In this document: piece by piece, positions 57,339-64,000 of the stretch
Layout: each line of letters begins with the position of its first letter
How positions within the stretch are numbered: the stretch's first letter is position 1
Source of the DNA: Bdellovibrionota bacterium
Lineage (GTDB): Bacteria; Bdellovibrionota_C; UBA2361; JBGSMV01
Assembly (NCBI GenBank): GCA_041739995.1
Contig: JBGSMV010000047.1
Span: forward strand, 261,682-325,681
Direction: 5' to 3'
Length of the DNA stretch: 64,000 bases
Translations under genes and position numbers: made by a program
The notes under the pieces: model-generated
What the model saw: only the letters and a program-made list of their open reading frames with translations
The model's database searches: none
Told to the model about the DNA's origin: nothing

Positions 57339-58019
57339 ATGAATTCTCTACCCTCCAATTCTTTGTCGGATCCTTCTTCGCCGCAGTTCTCCGCGCGAAA
57401 CGCAGAATTTTGGAAAAGTGCTCCATCAACGGAAGTTGCTTCGACCGAAGGAATGTTTGAGATCGCCATAGTGGGACGGTCTAATGTCGGCAAGTCTAGT
57501 TTGATCAACCGGCTGTGCCAGAAGAGAAAGCTGGCTCGAACCAGTGGGACCCCGGGAAGTACGCAGTCGCTCGTTTTGTATCGAGCGGAGCTAGTGTCGG
57601 ACGGTGAAGCCCAAGAGGTGTTGCCTATTTGCATTGTGGATCTTCCAGGATTTGGATTCGCGAAGCGCTCAAAGAAAGTACAGCGGGGTTTGAGCAGAAT
57701 GATTTCAGAGTATGTGCAGTGTCAAGAATCGCTGCAGGTGCTGTGTCTCTTGAATGACATTCGGCGTGATGCAGAAGAGGAAGAGCTTCAGTTGCTTGAA
57801 ATATTGCGCACGCGAGAGATTGCTTCACTCTTAGTTCTTACCAAGTGTGACAAATTGTCTCATTCAGAGAAGGGTAAGCGGGTGAAAGCGCTTGCCGAGC
57901 AATACCGACTCTCGCCTTCCGATCTAATTGTAACAGGGGAGGGCGAGCCTCCAGCGAAATTTTGGGGGAGAGTGGCACTACTCTATCATGCGCTCTCGAT
58001 GCCTGAACCTGCGCTGTAG
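57339..58019 (+). CDS. engB: Ribosome biogenesis GTPase YihA/YsxC
   Basis: EIAIVGRSNVGKSSLIN, ARTSGTPGSTQ, VDLPGFGFAK, DIRR, TKCDK. Confidence 0.93.
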   Translation: MNSLPSNSLSDPSSPQFSARNAEFWKSAPSTEVASTEGMFEIAIVGRSNVGKSSLINRLCQKRKLARTSGTPGSTQSLVLYRAELVSDGEAQEVLPICIVDLPGFGFAKRSKKVQRGLSRMISEYVQCQESLQVLCLLNDIRRDAEEEELQLLEILRTREIASLLVLTKCDKLSHSEKGKRVKALAEQYRLSPSDLIVTGEGEPPAKFWGRVALLYHALSMPEPAL

Positions 58020-58065
58020 GTCGGCCGTTCCCGCACTGAAAGGGAGAAGGTTTCTATATGATCCG

Positions 58066-59331
58066 CTACCGGAATAGTCCGAGCGGAGAAAACGAAATAG
58101 TATTGGGGAAAATAAGATCTGCATTGAACCCCATACGAGTAACTGCTTCCCGATAGATTTGCCTGAAATCTACGTCATAGCCCGATAAAAAGCTTCCCGC
58201 GGCGCGAATTTCAGCGTCCGATGGAGCGGGGTTAACGACTCGTCCAGCCACGTCGCCGCCCATCAGCATCAGTGGTGCTTTGGCGCCATGATCCGTTCCG
58301 CCATTACCGTTCTCTACGGTACGACAGAACTCTGACATGGTTGCGATGCTCACATCGTTCCATCGACCAAGTGCCTTTGCGGTTTGAATAAGCGAGCGTA
58401 GCCCGCCATGCAGTTGCCCAAAAAGGTTGTTGTGACTGTTAATCTCATTTGAATGTGTGTCGTAACCGCCTTGCTGAAGAAAGATGAAGCGTACACCAAG
58501 TGCGGGAGCGGCAATAAGCTTTGCGGCATCTTGGCACGCTCGAGCAAATCCAGTATTCGGAAATGCGTCAGGTATCCCAGGTAGAGGGCGACTTGTCTCG
58601 GCCTTTATTATCTCCAGGCTACGTTGGATGTTTTCCATCGAGCTCTTCACGAACTGCATGCCATCGGTTTGTTGGGTGCTCGATTGAGCCATGACAGAGT
58701 CTCTTGTGTCGCGGAAGAAGCCAGTCCACTCGTCGTTCCAGTAAAGTCGATCTTCACCGAAGTTAGCTAGGTCGCTTAAGGCCCGCGGCGGGTTCGTGCC
58801 ACCGCGAATCAGATCGTTTGTACCTGCTAGTGAGATGCCAGAAAAGAGCGAGCCCGCGGCCTGAGAGGTAAGCCTCGCTGCCCAGCCACCGTCAGCATTT
58901 CCGCCTTGACCGTTCGCGCGAAACCACTGCGTGGTGGCTTCGTCATGCGATCGGCTTTGTGAAGGTAAGCCCACACCATTGATTAGCGCTAGGTTGCCCT
59001 CATCATAGATTTGTTTAAGGTAGGTGAAAGCAGGGTGAAGTCCTTGTTCGCCATTTAAGGCGAGGGAATTTTCGGGGCCGCGGCTGATGGTGGGGTTCCG
59101 ATCGCGCCAGGCTGCATGGTAAATCGGCGTAATATTGTATGAGCAGCCCCCCGCAAGATTTACGAGAATGAATACAGATCCCGGTGCGCTCATGGCGCCC
59201 ATGACCGGAGGTGCGCCGTAGGCAAACATGCCGCTGCCGCCATAGCTCGCTTGGTGAATTGCAGCTCCGCATGTGCCTGCACACACCGTGCTTAAGAATC
59301 CTCGTCGGTTCATTCGACTTGCTTTCTTCAT
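58066..59331 (-). CDS. DUF1501 family protein, Tat-exported
   Basis: MNRRGFL, NLAGG, GLHP, SRSH, GGYDTH, SEFCRT.ENGNGGTDHG, MGG.V.G, VDFRQIY. Confidence 0.88.
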   Translation of the reverse strand: MKKASRMNRRGFLSTVCAGTCGAAIHQASYGGSGMFAYGAPPVMGAMSAPGSVFILVNLAGGCSYNITPIYHAAWRDRNPTISRGPENSLALNGEQGLHPAFTYLKQIYDEGNLALINGVGLPSQSRSHDEATTQWFRANGQGGNADGGWAARLTSQAAGSLFSGISLAGTNDLIRGGTNPPRALSDLANFGEDRLYWNDEWTGFFRDTRDSVMAQSSTQQTDGMQFVKSSMENIQRSLEIIKAETSRPLPGIPDAFPNTGFARACQDAAKLIAAPALGVRFIFLQQGGYDTHSNEINSHNNLFGQLHGGLRSLIQTAKALGRWNDVSIATMSEFCRTVENGNGGTDHGAKAPLMLMGGDVAGRVVNPAPSDAEIRAAGSFLSGYDVDFRQIYREAVTRMGFNADLIFPNTISFSPLGLFR

Positions 59332-59350
59332 AACGCCAACTCCTAGGAAA

Positions 59351-61306
59351 TTACTTCATGCGATATTCTGGCAGCATCGCGAGTAGCCCAATTAAAGGTC
59401 GCAGCTTATCGTCCCAGTTCCCTTGTGGGTACGAGTCAAACTGTCGACGCTCCAGGAACAGTTCCCCCTCTGTGCAGCCATAGCTTTGCACATGCCAGCT
59501 CCTACAAGTAGTTCGATGAAAGTTCATATATTGCTCTAAGGCTTGGCGCTGGGCCTCGTTCAGAGGAATGTTCAGGCCGGAGGCCACACGGTCAATCGCT
59601 ACCAAAGCGCTTGGATTATCCGACAGATACCGCGCATGCATATCATAGCCTCTATTCTCGAGGAGAGACTCAGGGCTTAGGCCATTTACAATATCGAGCA
59701 CCACATTGCGCCACGCCAATACATAACTTTCGCCCGCAAGGGCAGTTTCGTTCCATCCAAATACGGAGTTGGGGTTCAGTGGGCGTTGGTCGAGTTCATT
59801 CAACCACCAGTCAAGCTCGTCAACCGTAAGGTTAATGCCGGTTTGACGAACGAACCCAATCAGAAGTTCCACTGGGTGTTTGATGAGGCTCTCGCGGTTA
59901 TCATTCGCATAAACGGCATTCGACATCATGACGCGACGGAATGCAGGAAGGAGATTGTAGTTTTCGGTCCTGATGGTCTTTGCTAGGTCACGTACTAGAA
60001 TCGCAGGGCAGTCAGGGCGAATGAACTGGTGGCACATGTCGAGAGCAAGGCTTTCCGCCGTACTTGGATGACGGAATGTCGCTTCAAGCACATCATCAGC
60101 ATCATACACGACCGCCTGATGCGGCGTTCCGCCAAAAATTGTCGTTGGACCCTGATAATGAAATCCCGGTGTAAATGAAGCGTACCTAAATCTTCTCTCG
60201 TCATCTTCTCCAGGAATAGTTCTATCCTCGGTCACAAATGTCCATCCGCTATGGGCCAAGGCAGCTTGAGCGATGTCAAAGTTTGAATAGACCGGGTTCC
60301 CATTCAAGTCGGAAGGGCCAGTGGTGCCTAGTTCCCAGAACTCACGAGCCCAGTTCTCGTTAGGATTGAATCCGCGGTTTACCGCGCCATCAAGCCAATC
60401 GAGTGCCATCAAATGATCAGTATTTAATGATCGCATGTACTGTTTGTAGTCGCCCGTTCGAGCCGCGCGGTCTACAATGCCGACATAGGTGGCGAGGGCG
60501 TGCCGTTCGTCACTGCCGACAACCGAGAGGTTTACAGACAGGCGCTCATCGTGTAGCCAGAAAAAGAGGCGGTCAAAGAAGGGTTGATTGCTATAGGTCA
60601 TGCGCCAACTGAGCGCCTTTCGAAGACCGTCCGTCCTGAAGTCATTCGCATAATAGGGATTGCAAGATTCATTGCGGTTGTCGGGCTCGCCATTCCATGG
60701 GTTCGTGGCAAGGTAGGTATCGCAGGTGATGTCGGCGACTTGAGCGTCTATTCGAGCGTCAGGCTGATAGGTAGTGAGCTCGGTGACGGTTGCCGCAAGT
60801 CCAATCCGTACGGCTCTGTCGATCTGTTGCGGTGAGCCGCCAAATGCGAAACGCTCGAATAGGATTTTAGCCTCCTTTTCTCCGAAGTTTCCTTTGTATC
60901 TTGTTAGGGCAAGAAATTTTGGATTGGCGCAGTCCTTTTTTGAAGCCTTTAGTAGTCGAGCGGTGAGTTTATACTTTTTCGACTTTTGTTTTCCGGCCTG
61001 ACGCATCTTTTTAAGCTGGTCATCAAGCGAATTGAAGGCCAGCCCTTTCCGAGTCTCTGAGATACGACCTGGCTTTTTCTTATAACAAGCTAGTTCTTGG
61101 TTAATGACTTTTCTCCCCGATCGGAGTGAGACATCAATAGTGAATATGTCGCTCAGTTTAACTCGGACAACTTTCTTCTTTCGTTTTTTAGCGAAGGCGT
61201 CCGTGGGCACCAGGACGAGTCCGATGCAAAGCGCCACGATCGCAAGAAGATGAATGCCACGGGCCAATGGGCGCGGTGCTGATATATTGTCAAAAACAGT
61301 TCGCAT
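59351..61306 (-). CDS. DUF1800 family secreted protein
   Basis: Signal peptide ending AFA; RFAFG, LFFWLH, WLDG..N...PNENWAREFWELGT.G, SGW, KHPVE, PNSVFGW, PEY. Confidence 0.85.
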   Translation of the reverse strand: MRTVFDNISAPRPLARGIHLLAIVALCIGLVLVPTDAFAKKRKKKVVRVKLSDIFTIDVSLRSGRKVINQELACYKKKPGRISETRKGLAFNSLDDQLKKMRQAGKQKSKKYKLTARLLKASKKDCANPKFLALTRYKGNFGEKEAKILFERFAFGGSPQQIDRAVRIGLAATVTELTTYQPDARIDAQVADITCDTYLATNPWNGEPDNRNESCNPYYANDFRTDGLRKALSWRMTYSNQPFFDRLFFWLHDERLSVNLSVVGSDERHALATYVGIVDRAARTGDYKQYMRSLNTDHLMALDWLDGAVNRGFNPNENWAREFWELGTTGPSDLNGNPVYSNFDIAQAALAHSGWTFVTEDRTIPGEDDERRFRYASFTPGFHYQGPTTIFGGTPHQAVVYDADDVLEATFRHPSTAESLALDMCHQFIRPDCPAILVRDLAKTIRTENYNLLPAFRRVMMSNAVYANDNRESLIKHPVELLIGFVRQTGINLTVDELDWWLNELDQRPLNPNSVFGWNETALAGESYVLAWRNVVLDIVNGLSPESLLENRGYDMHARYLSDNPSALVAIDRVASGLNIPLNEAQRQALEQYMNFHRTTCRSWHVQSYGCTEGELFLERRQFDSYPQGNWDDKLRPLIGLLAMLPEYRMK

Positions 61307-61356
61307 ACCACTAGACTCCCGTTGAATGCGGCCAGATGAGTTCGTGCTTAGTGGGA

Positions 61357-61372
61357 AGCAAGATGCGTACCA
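61357..61372 (-). promoter_or_regulatory. sigma54 -24/-12 promoter of the DUF1800-DUF1501 operon
   Basis: Minus strand TGGTACGCATCTTGCT, 50 nt before the ATG. Confidence 0.75.
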
Positions 61373-61489
61373 ATAACCACAAGTCTAGGCGGGCGTGTGA
61401 GAGCGGGTGGTTACCAATTCAGAGTGTATAAAATTCGTAAGTGCCTGGAAGGACTTCCTAGGAACTCGGATGCCCATTTACTTGTTGGG

Positions 61490-61506
61490 CCGACAAAATT
61501 TGTCGG
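61490..61506. promoter_or_regulatory. Palindromic putative enhancer site
   Basis: CCGACAAA-A-TTTGTCGG, about 120 bp upstream of the sigma54 promoter. Confidence 0.5.
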
Positions 61507-61570
61507 AAGTTCAGGGTAAGGCAGTGAAACATCGCAGGACGTGAGTGGGTAGAAAGGGTGCCCCGTAGGG

Positions 61571-62956
61571 TCACTCAGCGGAGGGAACCGAAGCCTGATT
61601 TGTTGTATCACATGAAGGCCGCTCAAGCGCATAATCACGCACCTTGTTCAGCAAGGTCTTATAGCTCACGCCTAGAATTTCCGACGCTTTGGATTTGTTC
61701 CACCCAGTTTTGCCCAGAGTTCTGGTAATTAGTTCTATCTCGGCTTTGCGGGCGGCACGTTGGGCGACTTCAGTGAGCGAAAGGGTCGCGTCACCGAGCG
61801 CCTGTAAATCCAAGGGCGCAGGCCCTAAGCCAAGGTGCTCAGGTCGAATTTCGCCTTCGGAGAGAATCGTCGCACGCTCGATGATGTTTTCAAGTTCCCG
61901 GGCATTTCCTGGCCAAGAATGAGACTTAACTACTGCCAAGGCGCCCTCGGAGAGAGTGAAGTGCCGGTTAGTGCTGACAGAGAAGTAATCAACAAACGAA
62001 TTCGCGAGAAGTTCAATGTCTTCCTTGCGTTCCTTGAGTGGTGGAAGGGTGAGAGTGATGACCGCTAAGCGATAGTAGAAGTCTTCTCTCAGCTCGCCTT
62101 GAGCAAGTGCTTGCTCAATATCTTTGTTAGTTGCTGCGATAATTCTCGGATTTACGGCAATCGACTTGTTGCCACCCACTCGCTTGATTTCACGCTCTTG
62201 TAAAGCTCGAAGAAGCTTTACTTGAAGGTTCAAAGGCATGTCCCCAACTTCATCGAGAAATATGGTGCCCTCGGATGCGTACTCAAAAAGTCCCTGTCGC
62301 GCCTGGGTCGCGCCGGTAAACGCACCAGCTTCGTGACCGAAGAACTCGCTTTCTAGTAGGCTCTCGGGCATCGCAGCGCAGTTTATGGCGACAAATGGCT
62401 TGTCCGCGCGCGGAGAGTGCTCATGAACGAATCGAGCAAGCAACTCTTTCCCAGTACCGGACTCGCCAAGAATGAGGGCGGTCGAGTCAACGCACGCCAC
62501 TTTGCGTGCTTGATTCAAGACGGCGTGTACTTTGGGGCTTTGCGAGAGGAAGCGACGAGGACGTCGCATACCAGCGCCCTCGCGATCTATAATTCTATGG
62601 TGTTCGATAACTTGGCGTAGCAGGGAGCAGAGGTTCTCAGGCTCAAATGGCTTGGTGATAAAGTCAGTGGCACCATATTTCATCGCCTCAACTGCGATTT
62701 CGATTGACCCATATGCGGTCATGAGAACGAAAGGTACTTTTGTGTCAAGTGCGCGTAGCTCTTTGAGTACCTCGATGCCGCTTTGTCCGGGCAGTCGAAA
62801 GTCTGAAAGAACGCAGTCGAAGTGGCGTGATTGTAAATAGGCGTGAGCGACCTCACCTGTCGGAGCTGTTTCAACATGGAATCCTTCCGTTTCCAGGACG
62901 GATTTAAGAACGTCACGAAGTGAAGAGATATCCTCGATGATAAGAATCTTCTGCAT
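61571..62956 (-). CDS. sigma54-dependent response regulator (NtrC/AtoC family)
   Basis: Receiver (IIED, LSDFRLP, MTAY, ITKPF), [28 protein letters not shown], Fis HTH; start reset to 62956. Confidence 0.93.
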   Translation of the reverse strand: MQKILIIEDISSLRDVLKSVLETEGFHVETAPTGEVAHAYLQSRHFDCVLSDFRLPGQSGIEVLKELRALDTKVPFVLMTAYGSIEIAVEAMKYGATDFITKPFEPENLCSLLRQVIEHHRIIDREGAGMRRPRRFLSQSPKVHAVLNQARKVACVDSTALILGESGTGKELLARFVHEHSPRADKPFVAINCAAMPESLLESEFFGHEAGAFTGATQARQGLFEYASEGTIFLDEVGDMPLNLQVKLLRALQEREIKRVGGNKSIAVNPRIIAATNKDIEQALAQGELREDFYYRLAVITLTLPPLKERKEDIELLANSFVDYFSVSTNRHFTLSEGALAVVKSHSWPGNARELENIIERATILSEGEIRPEHLGLGPAPLDLQALGDATLSLTEVAQRAARKAEIELITRTLGKTGWNKSKASEILGVSYKTLLNKVRDYALERPSCDTTNQASVPSAE

Positions 62957-63074
62957 GACCCGGAACGACTCCAAACTACAAGTAGACCCAGAGGCATCGG
63001 CTCGTAAGCCAATATTAGAAGGACTAAGAAGTCTATCGGAGTGTGCCTAAGGCTGCTTTATGAGCCGCGCCGAA

Positions 63075-63749
63075 TCAAACTTTAGGAACTTCGAGATCGA
63101 ATACATTCCCAAGGGTTGTGTACGAGATTCCACCAAGTCGGCCGATGGGTCGCAGCGCTGCCGCGTCAATTCGGCCGTTTTTTAGGACTCCATCTGCTCC
63201 GTGAAACATAAGAATTTTTCCGATGACCAGAGTGGTTGAGCCCGGAGAGCCATCCCCAATTTCAACCATCTGGTGCAGTGAGCATTCCATCTGAAGGGCA
63301 CACTCTTGTACTCGAGCGGGGCGCACTACGGTCGAAGCCAGAGGAGTAAGTCCGACTTTCTCCATCTCGTCTACGCCCTGCGGGTATGCCGCAGCGCAGT
63401 GGACTAGCGCTTCGGAGATCCATTCACTGGCACTGTTGACCACAAATTGGCCTGTTTCCTCGATATTGCTCAGAGTGTCCTTCTTTGATCCGTCTGGTTT
63501 ACGCGATATCGAGATGACTACGCATGGAGGATTGCTGGAGACGCCATTGAAGAAGCTAAAGGGGGCAAGATTGCCTATTCCCTTGGAGCTGACTGTTGAG
63601 ACGAAGGCGATTGGGCGTGGAATAATGCCACCAATTATTAATCGATAAGCCTCTTGTGGGGGGATCGTACGTACGTCGATGCTAATGAATGAGTTGTGGG
63701 GGGAGGTGATCTTGTCACCGGGCTTCCATGAACCAAGTTTGGGAGTCAT
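63075..63749 (-). CDS. Flavin reductase-like FMN-binding protein
   Basis: IPRPIAFVST, NLAPFSFFN, KDTLSNI, FVVN, IGRLGG; start reset to 63749. Confidence 0.88.
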   Translation of the reverse strand: MTPKLGSWKPGDKITSPHNSFISIDVRTIPPQEAYRLIIGGIIPRPIAFVSTVSSKGIGNLAPFSFFNGVSSNPPCVVISISRKPDGSKKDTLSNIEETGQFVVNSASEWISEALVHCAAAYPQGVDEMEKVGLTPLASTVVRPARVQECALQMECSLHQMVEIGDGSPGSTTLVIGKILMFHGADGVLKNGRIDAAALRPIGRLGGISYTTLGNVFDLEVPKV

Positions 63750-63809
63750 AAGGGTCTTATAGCCTTGAATGGGGGTGAGGGGCAGGGGGGTCGCGGTGTT
63801 GTATTGACG

Positions 63810-63884
63810 GCCCTCCTTCGCACTTATCGCAATGCGATAAGTGCTTCGGCGGGGAGAGGGCCGAAGCTCGTAAGAGCGAAGGCG
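63810..63884. repeat. Pair of REP-like palindromes (CCGAAGC...GCGAAGG type)
   Basis: CCTTC-GCACTTATCGCA-A-TGCGATAAGTGC-TTCGG then GCCGAAGCTCGTAAGAGCGAAGGC in opposite orientation. Confidence 0.6.
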
Positions 63885-64000
63885 AGTCGCCACATCGAAC
63901 AACTCACAATCAAAACAACCAAACAAAGCAGAGGCAGAAACTCTTTCCTATTTTACTGGAATGGTTTCTCGGAAGATTCGATTCCAGACACGAATTGATG

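Noticed and set aside
269..63998. Numerous 60-180 aa antisense or alternate-frame ORFs in the track
   Set aside because: They lie within well-supported genes and show no motifs; treated as shadow ORFs.

Overview
A 64 kb gene-dense bacterial chromosome segment. The pil gene order, RpoH-type sigma factor and CxxxY-type CcmE suggest a former-Deltaproteobacteria lineage such as Bdellovibrionota or Myxococcota (inference). It contains a rearranged rpmH-rnpA-yidD-yidC-mnmE cluster with no dnaA, jag or mnmG, envelope-modification genes, an ABC/MFP/OMF exporter, crcB, kup, phoA, ppa, a type IVa pilus cluster, a System I* cytochrome c maturation operon, an SF2 helicase, and two convergent DUF modules (DUF1592/1588+DUF1552 and DUF1800+DUF1501). 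Strongest candidates for new biology: (1) one 688-aa ORF fusing the PilS membrane/PAS sensor directly to the PilR AAA+/HTH output with no kinase or receiver domain, upstream of a pilA sigma54 promoter with three 19-bp-phased boxes and a ~255-nt structured leader; (2) the two DUF modules each have a sigma54 promoter and a Tat partner, and their unrelated large subunits share a Cys-bounded Lys-rich N-terminal segment; (3) several intact but active-site-degenerate proteins (Kup, CtaA, M23, tyrosine-recombinase-like, flagellin-like); (4) three families of CTAG/TAG-flanked MITE-like repeats that stack together, often on TAG stop codons. No rRNA, tRNA or CRISPR array was recognised. All family calls are by eye from motifs; no database search was run.
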